NCBI GenBank assembly: GCA_963720755.1
Contig: CAVRGP010000011.1
Coordinates: 192,001-256,000 of the forward strand
DNA length: 64,000 nt
Direction of reading: 5' to 3'
DNA from: an uncultured Chloroflexia bacterium
GTDB taxonomy: Bacteria; Chloroflexota; Limnocylindria; Limnocylindrales; CSP1-4
The first letter of the stretch is position 1, and the number at the start of each line of letters is the position of its first letter. Under the pieces are notes generated by a model. It made no database searches. It had not been told where the DNA came from and saw nothing but the letters and a program-made list of their open reading frames with translations. Both the position numbers and the translations under genes were made by a program. Positions 28,864 through 39,356 of this stretch are shown here, piece after piece.

Positions 28864-30137
28864 CGACCGCCAGCACCCCGCCGATCCACGATGTGACGGA
28901 CCTCAGCCTCGCCGCCGAGGGCGTCCGCCGGATCGAGTGGGCCGAGCGCGAGATGCCCGTCCTTCGCCTCATCCGTGAGCAATTCGAACGTGAGCGACCC
29001 CTCGAGGGGCTGCGCATCGGGGCATGTCTTCACGTGACCACGGAGACGGCCAACCTGATGCGGACCTTGAAGGCCGGCGGGGCGTCGGTCGTGCTGGCCG
29101 CGAGCAACCCGCTCTCGACCAAGGACGATGTCGCGGCCGCCCTGGTCTCGGAGTACGGGATCGCCGTCCTCGCTCGGCGCGGTGAGGATCGCGACACCTA
29201 CTACGCCCACCTCGAGGCGGTCGCCGACACGCATCCGCAGGTCACCATGGACGATGGCTGCGACCTCGTCTCGCTGCTCCACAGCAGCCGGCCGGCCCAG
29301 GTCGCCGAGGTCCTGGCCGGGACCGAGGAGACCACGACCGGGGTGATCCGGCTGCGAGCGATGGCGGCCGACAACGCCCTCGGGTTCCCGGTCATCGCGG
29401 TCAACGAGGCGCAGACGAAGCACCTGTTCGACAACCGCTACGGGACGGGCCAGAGCACGCTCGACGGGATCCTGCGAGCGACCAACATCCTCATCGCCGG
29501 CCGCCGAGTGGTCGTGGCGGGGTATGGCTGGGTCGGGAAGGGCATCGCCTCGCGGATGTCCGGACATGGCGCCCACGTCGCGGTGGTGGAGGTCGATCCG
29601 GTCCGGGCGCTGGAGGCCCTCATGGACGGATTCTCGGCGATGACCGCGATCGAGGCGGCCGCCTGGGGTGACCTGTTCATCACCGCGACCGGGAACATCA
29701 ACGTGTTCCGGCGCGAGCACTTCGAGGCGATGCGTGACGGCGCGATCATGGCCAACTCGGGTCATTTCGATGCCGAGCTGGATCTCGCTGCACTGCGCGA
29801 ACTCGCCGAGGGACACGTCCGGGAGGTCCGCGAAAACGTCCAGGAATTCGACCTCGGCGGCAAGCGGATCAACCTCATCGCAGAAGGCCGACTGGTCAAC
29901 CTCGGCGCTGCCGAAGGTCATCCGGCGGCCGTGATGGACATGAGCTTCGCCAACCAGGCGCTGTCGGCCGAGTATGTCGCCGGACACCACGCCGAGCTCG
30001 AGGCCCGGGTCTACGTCGTTCCCGAGGCGATCGACGCGGAAGTCGCCAGGCTCAAGCTGGCGGCCCGGGGCATCGTGCTCGAGCCGATGACGGCGGAGCA
30101 GACCGAATACATGGCCTCCTGGCAGCATGGGACCTGA
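28860..30137 (+). CDS. ahcY: S-adenosylhomocysteine hydrolase
   Basis: EMPVL, CLHVTTETA, SNPLST, DDGCDL, EETTTG, KHLFDNRYGTGQS, GYGWVGKG, GRLVNL, GHPAAVMDMSFANQ. ATG 28860 overlaps the GNAT stop. Confidence 0.97.
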   Translation: MTTASTPPIHDVTDLSLAAEGVRRIEWAEREMPVLRLIREQFERERPLEGLRIGACLHVTTETANLMRTLKAGGASVVLAASNPLSTKDDVAAALVSEYGIAVLARRGEDRDTYYAHLEAVADTHPQVTMDDGCDLVSLLHSSRPAQVAEVLAGTEETTTGVIRLRAMAADNALGFPVIAVNEAQTKHLFDNRYGTGQSTLDGILRATNILIAGRRVVVAGYGWVGKGIASRMSGHGAHVAVVEVDPVRALEALMDGFSAMTAIEAAAWGDLFITATGNINVFRREHFEAMRDGAIMANSGHFDAELDLAALRELAEGHVREVRENVQEFDLGGKRINLIAEGRLVNLGAAEGHPAAVMDMSFANQALSAEYVAGHHAELEARVYVVPEAIDAEVARLKLAARGIVLEPMTAEQTEYMASWQHGT

Positions 30138-32088
30138 TCCAGCGACCGATCCGACGATCGCCCCGTATGGGTCCTGGTCATCGCCGATCCGGATCGACGA
30201 TGCGGTGACCGATGACATCACCCTTGGCGAGCCATGGATCGACGGCGACGACGTCTACTGGATCGAGGGTCGACCGGCCGAGCGCGGGCGACGGGTCCTC
30301 GTCCGCGCCGGCGCGGACGGTTCGACGATCGACCTGACCCCGGAGCCGATCAATGTCCGAACAGGCGTTCACGAATATGGCGGCGGATCCTACGTGGTCG
30401 CCGGTGGGATCGTGGTCTATTCGGACGCGCGGGACGGCCGCCTGTACCGGCTGGACCCGGGTGACAGCTCGCCCGTCGCGATCACCCCACCAGGGCCGTG
30501 GCGCTACGCCGACCTGCGACCCGACCTGGCACGCCGCCGTTTCTATGCGGTCCGAGAGGACCATGGCGCCGGAAGCGAGCCGGCAAATACGATCGTCGCG
30601 GTCCCGCTCGATGGCGGTGACGCCCGGGTCCTCGTCCATGGACCGGACTTCGTGGCAGCCCCACGACTCTCGCCCGATGGGACTCGCCTGGCCTGGCTGG
30701 AGTGGGACCACCCGGACATGCCCTGGGACGCCACCCGGCTGCGGGTGGCCACGATCGAACCGGACGGCACCCTCGGTCCTGCGACCCTCGCGGCCGGGGG
30801 GCCCGACGAGTCGATCGTCCAGCCGGAATGGGGCCCCGATGGGACGCTCCATCTGATCAGCGACCGAACGGGCTGGTGGAACCTCTACCGCCTGCTCGAC
30901 GGGCCGCGCCTCGAGCCCCTCGCCGCGATGGAAGCCGAGTTCGCCGATCCGTCTTGGATCTTCGACCGAAGTTCGTATGCATTCCTGCCGGATGGCGGGA
31001 TCGTGGCCGTCGCCCGCGCGTCGGGCCGTGACCACCTGTACCGGATCGACCCTGAGCTCGGGCTTGCTGAGATCCCGGTTCCGTTCACGGAACTCGACGG
31101 TCTGCGGACCGGCGACTCGACCGTGGTCGCCCTGGCCGGGCGACCCAGCGAGCCGATGATCGTGGCGCGGTTCGATGCGCGCACGCTGGCTCCGGCCGGT
31201 GTCCTCCGTCGTGCGGCTTCGATCGCCATCGAACCCGGGATGACGTCGATGCCGGAAACCATCGAATTCCCGACGACCCACGGGCGGACGGCATTCGCCC
31301 TGTTCTATCCACCCACCAATCCGGCATATGCGGCCCCGGACGGGGAGAAGCCACCCCTGGTCGTCCGGGTCCACGGTGGCCCGACAGCGAATGCATCGTC
31401 ATCGATGGACCTCGGCAAACAGATCCTGACCAGCCGAGGGATCGCCATCGTCGACGTGGACTACGGCGGGAGCACCGGATACGGACGGGCCTACCGCCGT
31501 CGCCTGAACGGCGAGTGGGGTGTGGTCGACATCGACGATTGCGTCGCGGCGGCTCGCTTCCTGGTCGAGCGCGGCGACGTGGATCCCGACCGGCTGGCGA
31601 TCGAGGGGGGCAGCGCCGGGGGGTACACGACGCTGGCCGCGCTGACCTTCCGGAAGGTCTTCAGCGCAGGCATCAGCTTGTTCGGCGTGGCCGATGTCAC
31701 CCTGCTGATGACCGACACCCACAAGTTCGAATCACGCTATCTCGACCGCCTGATCGGTCCGTATCCGGACGCCGCGGACCGATACCACGACCGTTCGCCG
31801 ATCCATTTCGTCGACCAGATCGACGTTCCCGTGCTCATCCTGCAGGGACTCGACGACAAGGTCGTCATCCCGGCCCAGGCCGAGCGGATCGTGGCCGCCC
31901 TGGCCGACCGGCACATCCCCCACGCGTACCTCGCGTTCGAGGGCGAGGGACACGGGTTCCGTGGCGCGTTTGCGATCCGGCGGACGCTCGAGGCCAGGCT
32001 GTCGTTCCTCGGCCAGGTCTTCGGGTTCCGGCCAGCCGACGATCTTGAGCCGCTGGTCCTCGTCGATCTCGAGGGCTCCGCGACCTAG
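30127..32088 (+). CDS. S9 family peptidase (acylaminoacyl/dipeptidyl-peptidase-like)
   Basis: APYGSWSSPI, beta-propeller region, HGGPT, GGSAGG nucleophile, QGLDDKVV, EGHGF. Confidence 0.92.
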   Translation: MGPDPATDPTIAPYGSWSSPIRIDDAVTDDITLGEPWIDGDDVYWIEGRPAERGRRVLVRAGADGSTIDLTPEPINVRTGVHEYGGGSYVVAGGIVVYSDARDGRLYRLDPGDSSPVAITPPGPWRYADLRPDLARRRFYAVREDHGAGSEPANTIVAVPLDGGDARVLVHGPDFVAAPRLSPDGTRLAWLEWDHPDMPWDATRLRVATIEPDGTLGPATLAAGGPDESIVQPEWGPDGTLHLISDRTGWWNLYRLLDGPRLEPLAAMEAEFADPSWIFDRSSYAFLPDGGIVAVARASGRDHLYRIDPELGLAEIPVPFTELDGLRTGDSTVVALAGRPSEPMIVARFDARTLAPAGVLRRAASIAIEPGMTSMPETIEFPTTHGRTAFALFYPPTNPAYAAPDGEKPPLVVRVHGGPTANASSSMDLGKQILTSRGIAIVDVDYGGSTGYGRAYRRRLNGEWGVVDIDDCVAAARFLVERGDVDPDRLAIEGGSAGGYTTLAALTFRKVFSAGISLFGVADVTLLMTDTHKFESRYLDRLIGPYPDAADRYHDRSPIHFVDQIDVPVLILQGLDDKVVIPAQAERIVAALADRHIPHAYLAFEGEGHGFRGAFAIRRTLEARLSFLGQVFGFRPADDLEPLVLVDLEGSAT

Positions 32089-32091
32089 CCG

Positions 32092-33666
32092 ATGGACGTC
32101 AGCCCGATCGAGCTGGTCCTCGGACTGTTCGTAGTCGCGGTCGGACTCGCCTACCTGGCTCGCTGGATCGGCGTTGCCTATCCGATCCTCCTCGTCATCG
32201 GTGGCCTGGTTCTCGCGTTCGTGCCCGGCGTACCGTCGATCGAGCTCGACCCGGACCTGGTCTTCCTGCTCCTCCTGCCGCCGATCCTGTTCGGGGCGGG
32301 CTTCTCGACCCCGATCCGCGATCTCAGGGCCAACCTGCGCCCGATCATCCTGCTGGCGGTCGGCCTGGTCCTGTTCACCACCCTGGTCGTGGGTCTCGTC
32401 GCCCAGATGCTCATCCCGGGGATCAACGTCGGGGCTGCGTTCGCGCTCGGGGCCATCGTCGCCCCGCCGGACGCCGTTGCGGCGACCTCGATCTTCCGCC
32501 GCCTCGGGGCGCCGGCCAGGGTCGTCACGATCCTCGAAGGCGAAAGCCTGATCAACGATGCCTCGGCGTTGATCGCATATCGCTTCGCCGTGGTCGCCGC
32601 GCTCACCGGGTTCTTCTCGTTGCAGGAGGCCGCCGTCGCCTTCTTCGTGGTCGGACTCGGCGGTATCGCGGTCGGCATCGTCGTCGGGTTCGTCCTGACC
32701 GAGGGCTGGCGGCGGACCTCGGATCCGACTCTCGAGATCATGGTCTCGCTCCTCGCCCCCTTCGCCGCCTACCTGCCGGCCGAGGCGCTCGGCGTGAGCG
32801 GCGTCCTCGCCGCCGTGGTCGCCGGTCTGATCGCCGGGCGACGTGCGGCTCGGGTCGTTTCCCCGGATGCGCGTGTTCTTGGTCGAGGCACGTGGGACAT
32901 CGTGATCTTCATCATCAACACGCTTGCGTTCATGTTGATCGGCCTTCAGCTACCGACGATCCTGGCCGGTCTGTCCGCCTGGTCCGGTGGGGAGTTGCTG
33001 GCCTGGGGCGTGGCCATCAGTTTGACCGTGATCGTCGCACGGTTCGTGTGGGTCTTCCCCGCGACCTACCTGCCCCGATGGCTGAGTCCCAACCTCCGGG
33101 CGAGGGACCCGTCACCGTCGAGGCGTGCGGTCTTCGTCATCTCGTGGGCCGGTATGCGCGGGTCCGTGTCGCTCGCGGCGGCCCTCGCCCTGCCCCTGAC
33201 GCCAAAGGTCTTCCCGGAACGTGATCTGGTGATCTTCCTGACCTTCTGCGTCATCATCACGACACTTGTCGGCCAGGGCCTGACGCTGCCATGGTTCATG
33301 CGGCGCCTCGGCGTGACTGCCGCAACCGCGCCGGACACGGAGGAAGCGCACGCTCGTCTGGCGGCCGTCGAGGCAGCTCTGGACCGCCTCCGTGAGCTCG
33401 AAGTCGAGTATCCGGGCCACACCGAGCTGGTCGTCCAGCTCCGGGCGCGATACGAGCACGAAGCGAGTCACGTCTGGCCGCACCCGGACGGCCCGGTTGA
33501 CGAGGCCGAGCAGGAATTGCTCGACCATCTCGAGATCCGGACGGCCGTCCTCGACGCCGAGCGGGAGGCAGTCATCCGGCTCCGCGACGACGGGATCATC
33601 GGCGATGCGGTCCTCCATCGGATCGAGCGGGATCTCGACCTCGAAGCCCTTCGTTCCGGCGTCTGA
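32092..33666 (+). CDS. CPA1 Na+/H+ antiporter (YjcE/NhaP-like)
   Basis: LLPPILF, PPDAVA, LEGESLINDASAL, SGVLAAV, WAGMRG, ERDLDLE. Confidence 0.92.
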   Translation: MDVSPIELVLGLFVVAVGLAYLARWIGVAYPILLVIGGLVLAFVPGVPSIELDPDLVFLLLLPPILFGAGFSTPIRDLRANLRPIILLAVGLVLFTTLVVGLVAQMLIPGINVGAAFALGAIVAPPDAVAATSIFRRLGAPARVVTILEGESLINDASALIAYRFAVVAALTGFFSLQEAAVAFFVVGLGGIAVGIVVGFVLTEGWRRTSDPTLEIMVSLLAPFAAYLPAEALGVSGVLAAVVAGLIAGRRAARVVSPDARVLGRGTWDIVIFIINTLAFMLIGLQLPTILAGLSAWSGGELLAWGVAISLTVIVARFVWVFPATYLPRWLSPNLRARDPSPSRRAVFVISWAGMRGSVSLAAALALPLTPKVFPERDLVIFLTFCVIITTLVGQGLTLPWFMRRLGVTAATAPDTEEAHARLAAVEAALDRLRELEVEYPGHTELVVQLRARYEHEASHVWPHPDGPVDEAEQELLDHLEIRTAVLDAEREAVIRLRDDGIIGDAVLHRIERDLDLEALRSGV

Positions 33667-33696
33667 GTTCCTCGTGGCGTGCTAGCCTTGCGACCC

Positions 33697-34926
33697 ATGA
33701 GCATCGTCGACGCGGCCGAATACCTGTTCACCTCCGAATCGGTCACGGAGGGTCATCCCGACAAGATGTGCGACCAGATCTCGGACGCCATCCTCGACTC
33801 GATCATCCGCGATGATCCGAACGCCCGGGTCGCCTGCGAGGCGGCCACCACGACCGGCCTGGTGATGGTCCTCGGCGAGATCTCGACGACGACCTATATC
33901 GACCTCCAGGCGGTCGTCCGCGATACCGTTCGCGACATCGGCTACACCCGGGCGGATTACGGGTTCGACTACCTCACCTGCGGCACGCTCGTCTCGGTCA
34001 AGGAGCAGTCGCCGGATATCGCCCAGGGAGTCGATTCTGCGCTTGAGGTCAGGGACGACGCCGCGTCCGCCTTCGAGCTGGGCGCCGGCGACCAGGGGAT
34101 GATGTTCGGGTTCGCGTGTCGGGAGACGCCCGAGCTGATGCCGCTGCCGATCGCGCTCGCCCATCGGATGGCCCGCCGCCTCGCCGAAGTCCGCAAGTCC
34201 GGACAGCTGCCGTACCTCCGGCCGGACGGCAAGACCCAGGTCACCGTCGAGTACGCGTTCGGCGTCCCGAAGCGGGTGCGGACGGTGGTCGTGTCGGCCC
34301 AGCACGACCCCGACGTTCGGGCGGAGCAACTCCGCAAGGAGATCGTCGAGACGGTCATCCTGCCGACCATCCCCCAAGACCTGCGCGAGACGGACCCGAT
34401 CATGCATGTCAACCCGACCGGCCGCTTCGTGACCGGCGGGCCGATGGGCGACGCCGGCCTGACCGGGCGCAAGATCATCGTCGACAGCTATGGCGGGATG
34501 GCCCGTCACGGTGGTGGGGCGTTCTCGGGGAAGGACCCGACCAAGGTCGATCGATCGGCGGCGTATGCCGCCCGCTGGGTGGCCAAGAATGTGGTCGCGG
34601 CAGGGCTTGCCGATCGTTTCGAGGTCGAAGTCGCCTACGGGATCGGGATCGCCCGACCGATCAGCTTCACGGTCGATTCGTTCGGGACCGGACGGATCGA
34701 CGATGGCGCGATCCGAAAGATCATCGATCGCCACTTCGACCTGCGACCAGCATCGATCATCGCCGCGCTCGACCTGCGCCGGCCCATCTATCGCCAGACG
34801 GCCGCGTATGGCCACTTCGGGCGTCCCGACCTGGACTTGCCCTGGGAGCGAACCGACAAGGCGGCCCAGATGGCCGCTGAGGCCGGGCTCCCCGCGCCGA
34901 CCGTCGTGCACGCCTCCGCCGGCTAG
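33697..34926 (+). CDS. metK: S-adenosylmethionine synthetase
   Basis: [58 protein letters not shown]. Confidence 0.98.
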   Translation: MSIVDAAEYLFTSESVTEGHPDKMCDQISDAILDSIIRDDPNARVACEAATTTGLVMVLGEISTTTYIDLQAVVRDTVRDIGYTRADYGFDYLTCGTLVSVKEQSPDIAQGVDSALEVRDDAASAFELGAGDQGMMFGFACRETPELMPLPIALAHRMARRLAEVRKSGQLPYLRPDGKTQVTVEYAFGVPKRVRTVVVSAQHDPDVRAEQLRKEIVETVILPTIPQDLRETDPIMHVNPTGRFVTGGPMGDAGLTGRKIIVDSYGGMARHGGGAFSGKDPTKVDRSAAYAARWVAKNVVAAGLADRFEVEVAYGIGIARPISFTVDSFGTGRIDDGAIRKIIDRHFDLRPASIIAALDLRRPIYRQTAAYGHFGRPDLDLPWERTDKAAQMAAEAGLPAPTVVHASAG

Positions 34927-34992
34927 GCGGACGGAGCCGGGCCGGCCGATCGACGTTTTCTGCGAGCCGTCGGCCCGTAGACTAGATATCGC

Positions 34993-36057
34993 ATGTACGC
35001 CGTGATCATGGCCGGGGGCGGCGGGACCCGGTTGCATCCGCTCAGCCGTCCCGAGCGCCCCAAGCCCTTCCTGCCCCTGCTCGGCGACCGGTCGCTCCTG
35101 CAGGACACGGTCGCCCGCGTCCTCGACCTGACGGACGACGTGACGGTCGTCACCGACCGGCGCTATGAGCAGCTCGTTCGGGATCAGGTCCCGGTCGCCG
35201 GTGTCGTGCTCGAACCGCAAGGACGGAACACGGCCGCCGCGATCACCCTGGCGACCCTGGCCATCGACCGGCCCGAGGATGACGTGATGGTCGTCCTTCC
35301 GGCCGATCAGACGATCGAGCGGGCGGATGTCTATCGAGCCATCATCCGCAGCGCCGCCGATCACCTGGCGACGGGGGCGTTCGGCATCGAGGCGCCCCTC
35401 GTGACCCTTGGCATCACCGTGGATCGCGCGGCCACGGAATACGGCTATCTGGTCCCGGACCTCGCCCGCGGCGCGGATATCGATGGGTGCCGTGCGTATC
35501 CGCTGACCCGCTTCGAGGAGAAGCCCAAGCCGTCTCGCGCGGATGCGCTGGCCGGCCAGGAGGGTGTGGCCTGGAATGCCGGGATCTTCCTGTGGCGCCG
35601 GTCGACGATCCGGGCCGCTCTGGGCCGGTACACCGGGCTGCTCCAGTCGCTCGGACCGATGATCGGGTCGCCGACATCGTTGCAGCACGCGTATGAGGCC
35701 ATCCAGCGGCCCGTGTCGATCGACTACGCGGTGATGGAGGGCGCCGCCCAGAGCGGGCAGGTCGTGATGGCCGCGATGGATGTCGGATGGTCGGATCTTG
35801 GCTCCTGGTCGTCCCTCATGGCTGCCCTGGGGGTATCGGGGACGGGGTCTGTGGTCCAGCCCGGTGAGACCGTTTCGGTCGACGATGACGATCTGATCGT
35901 GCGCCGCGTCGGGGGCCGGCTCGGCGTGATCGCGCCGATCGAGCCCGGTAGCATGACCGCGACCCAGCCACTCGCCCATCTCCGTGGTGCGGGGCCCGAC
36001 CGCCAGATCATCGAACGACTCCTGGAGCGTTGCAGCGCAGCGGAGGGAACGACGTGA
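34993..36057 (+). CDS. manC: Mannose-1-phosphate guanylyltransferase
   Basis: IMAGGGGTRLHPLSR..PKPF, EPQGRNTA, PAD, FEEKP, WNAGIF, SIDYAVME, WSDLGSW. Confidence 0.9.
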   Translation: MYAVIMAGGGGTRLHPLSRPERPKPFLPLLGDRSLLQDTVARVLDLTDDVTVVTDRRYEQLVRDQVPVAGVVLEPQGRNTAAAITLATLAIDRPEDDVMVVLPADQTIERADVYRAIIRSAADHLATGAFGIEAPLVTLGITVDRAATEYGYLVPDLARGADIDGCRAYPLTRFEEKPKPSRADALAGQEGVAWNAGIFLWRRSTIRAALGRYTGLLQSLGPMIGSPTSLQHAYEAIQRPVSIDYAVMEGAAQSGQVVMAAMDVGWSDLGSWSSLMAALGVSGTGSVVQPGETVSVDDDDLIVRRVGGRLGVIAPIEPGSMTATQPLAHLRGAGPDRQIIERLLERCSAAEGTT

Positions 36058-37532
36058 CGCTCACCGGCCGACCGCCCACCCCGACGACGATCACGTTCGG
36101 GACGGACGGCTGGCGCGCCCGGATCGCCGACGAATTCACCTACGAGAATGTTCGGCGCTGCGCCGAAGGGGTTGCGGCCTACGTGGTCGGGCGCGGAGAG
36201 ATGGCCAAGGGGGTCGTCATCGCGTACGACCGACGTTTCTCGTCCGAGTATTTCGCGATGGCAGCGGCCGAGGTCCTGCTCGCCCACGACATCCCGGTCG
36301 CCTTCGGGATCCATGCTGTCCCGACCCAGATGTGCTCGTACGAGGTCGTCCAGCGTGGGGCCGCCGCCGGGATCGTCATCACCGCCAGCCACAACCCCTG
36401 GGTCGACAACGGGTTCAAGGTCAAGGCCCCGACCGGAGCCGCCGCCGGCGCGGACATCCTGGGAGCCATCGAAACCCGGCTGGCGGTCAATGGGGGCATC
36501 GGGATCGACCGCCGGCCGTTCGCGGACGCTGAAGCGGCCGGCCTGGTCGAACGCTTCGACCCGTTCGAAGGCTACGAGCGGTTCGTTCGCCGGACACTCG
36601 ACGTGGATGCGCTCAGGGCGGCCGACGTTTCGATCCTGGTCGATCCGATGTGGGGAGCCGGAGCCGGTTGGATCTCGCGCCTCCTGGCCGGTGGCCGGAT
36701 CCGGGTCGACGAGATCCACCAGGAGCGCAACCCGTACTTCGGCGGGGTCAACCCGGAACCGATCCGACCGAACATCGACGAAGCGCTCGGCCGGCTGGCG
36801 GGTGGGGGATACGACCTCGGTCTGTTCCTCGACGGCGACGCCGACCGGGCCGGCGCCGGCGACGAACGCGGGACGTTCATCCACCAGCTCCAGGTGACCG
36901 GTCTGCTGATGTACTACCTCGCCGAACATCGGGGCTTGCGGGACCCGGTCGTGATCAGCGTCAACAACACGTCGATGGCCGCCCGTCTCGGCGAGCGATA
37001 TGGGATCACCACCCACGAGACCCCGGTCGGATTCAAGTTCATCGGCCCGAAGATGATCGAGACCGAGGCGATGATGGGGGCCGAGGAGTCGGGCGGGTTC
37101 GGGTTCGGGATGCATCTCCCGGAGCGCGATGGCGTCTATGCCGACCTGATGCTGCTCGATCTCTTCCTGCGTGAGCGGGCCGCCGGGCGGTGGCCGGTGT
37201 CCAGCGCCATCGAGGCGTTCCACGCGATCGCCGGCCCGTCGTTCTACCTTCGGATCGACGTGCATGTCGAGCGCGCCGAGTACGCGGAGACCAAGCGGCG
37301 ATTGCTGGTCGATCTGGCGGCCGAGTCACCGGTCGATCTGGCCGGCGATGCCGTCGTCCGGACGGTGGCCCTCGAAACGGGCGATGGGTTCAAGTTCTTC
37401 CTGGCTGATGGATCGTGGCTGCTCATCCGCGCATCCGGGACCGAACCGCTCGTTCGCGTCTACACCGAAGCGACGTCGGCTGGACTCCGGGACGCGTTGC
37501 TCGCGGCCGGCGAACGTCTGGTGCGCGGCTGA
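36054..37532 (+). CDS. Phosphomannomutase/phosphoglucomutase
   Basis: FGTDGWR, TASHNP phosphoserine loop, DGDADR, GFKFI, EESGG, RASGTEP. GTGA overlap. Confidence 0.93.
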   Translation: MTLTGRPPTPTTITFGTDGWRARIADEFTYENVRRCAEGVAAYVVGRGEMAKGVVIAYDRRFSSEYFAMAAAEVLLAHDIPVAFGIHAVPTQMCSYEVVQRGAAAGIVITASHNPWVDNGFKVKAPTGAAAGADILGAIETRLAVNGGIGIDRRPFADAEAAGLVERFDPFEGYERFVRRTLDVDALRAADVSILVDPMWGAGAGWISRLLAGGRIRVDEIHQERNPYFGGVNPEPIRPNIDEALGRLAGGGYDLGLFLDGDADRAGAGDERGTFIHQLQVTGLLMYYLAEHRGLRDPVVISVNNTSMAARLGERYGITTHETPVGFKFIGPKMIETEAMMGAEESGGFGFGMHLPERDGVYADLMLLDLFLRERAAGRWPVSSAIEAFHAIAGPSFYLRIDVHVERAEYAETKRRLLVDLAAESPVDLAGDAVVRTVALETGDGFKFFLADGSWLLIRASGTEPLVRVYTEATSAGLRDALLAAGERLVRG

Positions 37533-37909
37533 TGGGTGATCCGCTGCACGGATCCCGGCGGGTCGACAAGCCCTGGGGCCACGAGCTCATCTGGGCCCAC
37601 ACGGATCGCTACGTCGGCAAGATCCTGGTCATCGAGGCCGGACGTCGCCTGTCGCTCCAGCGCCATGTGGTCAAGGACGAGTCGATCCTCGTCAACGCGG
37701 GACGCCTGCGGCTGTACCTCGAGGACGAGTTCGGCGCGATCCAGGTCGAGGAGCTCGGCGTCGGTGAGCACCGTCACGTGCCGACCGGTCGGATCCACCG
37801 ATATGAGGCGATCGAACGGACCGAGCTGATCGAAGTATCGACGCCGGAACTCGACGACGTGGTCCGACTCGAGGACGACTTCGGACGCGAAGGTACCAGC
37901 GCTCCATGA
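37532..37909 (+). CDS. Cupin protein (type II mannose-6-phosphate isomerase-like)
   Basis: DKPWG, LSLQRH..KDE, IHRY, EVSTPELDDVVRLEDDFGR. Resembles the C-terminal cupin of bifunctional ManC. Confidence 0.8.
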   Translation: MGDPLHGSRRVDKPWGHELIWAHTDRYVGKILVIEAGRRLSLQRHVVKDESILVNAGRLRLYLEDEFGAIQVEELGVGEHRHVPTGRIHRYEAIERTELIEVSTPELDDVVRLEDDFGREGTSAP

Positions 37910-38052
37910 CCGCCCGATAGGCCGATTTCGCCCGGTCCGAGTCGTACCGGCGGGTGTACCCTTGGGAGGACGCGACCGTCCTCACCGGTCGAGGTGCTGA
38001 CCGGACGGCGGCCCCGCGAGCGCCCGATACGGGCGATGGAGGTAGCGCTGCG

Positions 38053-38328
38053 ATGCACAGCTCTCTGATCGGCAAGGTCGAGAAGGCGAATCGCTACGCC
38101 CGCGAGCTCGATCGGATCACGATCGACCGAGTCTCACTCACGTTCCGTGGCGACAACGACACCCATCACATCGGGCTCGACGCCGGTCAGTGGCGATGCA
38201 CCTGCCACTACTTCGAGAGCTGGGGATCGTGCGTCCACCTCCTGACCCTCCAGAAGGTCTTCGGGGTGATGCTGCCCGAGGATGCCCAGGTGTCGATCTT
38301 CGCGGCTGCGGAGCCGATCGCGACCTAG
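38053..38328 (+). CDS. Small SWIM zinc-finger protein
   Basis: CTCHYFESWGSCVH matches CxC-x8-CxH. ATG preceded by SD GGAGG. Confidence 0.75.
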   Translation: MHSSLIGKVEKANRYARELDRITIDRVSLTFRGDNDTHHIGLDAGQWRCTCHYFESWGSCVHLLTLQKVFGVMLPEDAQVSIFAAAEPIAT

Positions 38329-38335
38329 ATCCGGC

Positions 38336-39322
38336 TTATCGGCCGCGACGCCACGCGACCACCGCCCCGCGGGCGGGGCCGATCTCGGGTGTCGCGATGC
38401 GGCGCCACCCGGACGCCGCGTCGTGGACCGCCAGCGAGACTGACCCGTCCGTGGACGACCAGGCGATGGCGACTCGCTGGCCGTCGTCGTCGAGCGCGAG
38501 CGCGATCGCGGTCGAGCCCTTGTCCGGTGGGTCGATCGAGGCGAGCGACGAACCGTCGCTATCGAGCCAGCCGGTCGTGTCGTGGATGACGACCGGGGCT
38601 CCGCGACCGGCCATCGTCGCGACACGCTGACCGTTCGCCGATGCCGCCAGCAGACGTGACCCGTCGGGGCCGTCCGTCAGCCCACCGCCGGTGGTGGCCA
38701 GGATCACCGACGAGGGAGCCGAGCTATCGCCCGTCACGACGACGATGCGCTCGCTTCCGATCCAGGTCGGCGGCGCCGCCAGCACCGACCGGTCGATGGC
38801 GATCTCCAACGCCGTCCGCGAAGTCGGGTCGGTCACGGTGACGTGAACCCCGTTGCCGCTCGCCAGGTCGCCATCGAGCGTCGCGTACCGGCCCCCACCC
38901 GGGTCCCAGGTCGCGAAGTAGGCCGTCGTCGGGACGGGCACCCCGTCCGGGCCGACCGCCTGGACCGTTCGCCAGTCGAGGGTCGCACCGAGGCGTACGG
39001 GGTCGCTGGTCGCGACAGACCCATCGGCCAGCGTCGCGGCGAGGACATCCGCCCGCCCCGTCGCGATCCACGTCGTGTCGCCGTCGGGCAGGGCGATCGG
39101 GGTCGGACTGCCGGGATCGGTCGCCCAGCCGAGAAGGTGGACCCCGTCAGGCCCCGCGACCAGGGCGACCAGCCCGTTCGGCGTGGCCGCGGCGGCCGGC
39201 CCCGATCCAGCGCAGGCCGCGAGCAGCCCCACCAGCCCGATGAACGCGGCCAGCCGGGCGGCGGTCGGCGGGACGCCTCGCATTCGAGTCGCGGAACGGT
39301 GTCGCTCGGCAGGGCGTGGCAT
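38336..39322 (-). CDS. Hypothetical lipoprotein (beta-propeller-like)
   Basis: Lipobox LLAAC and repeated WDP/W-ending beta-strand units. Start at 39322 or 39283. Confidence 0.65.
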   Translation of the reverse strand: MPRPAERHRSATRMRGVPPTAARLAAFIGLVGLLAACAGSGPAAAATPNGLVALVAGPDGVHLLGWATDPGSPTPIALPDGDTTWIATGRADVLAATLADGSVATSDPVRLGATLDWRTVQAVGPDGVPVPTTAYFATWDPGGGRYATLDGDLASGNGVHVTVTDPTSRTALEIAIDRSVLAAPPTWIGSERIVVVTGDSSAPSSVILATTGGGLTDGPDGSRLLAASANGQRVATMAGRGAPVVIHDTTGWLDSDGSSLASIDPPDKGSTAIALALDDDGQRVAIAWSSTDGSVSLAVHDAASGWRRIATPEIGPARGAVVAWRRGR

Positions 39323-39356
39323 CGGCGAGCCAAGTGTGCCATGCGAAACCGCGTCG

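Noticed and set aside
33667-33696. SAM or SAH riboswitch before metK or ahcY
   Set aside because: Only 30 nt precede metK, holding a -10 box, and ahcY is translationally coupled. The apt leader (26012-26074) does not match any SAM/SAH consensus I recognise.
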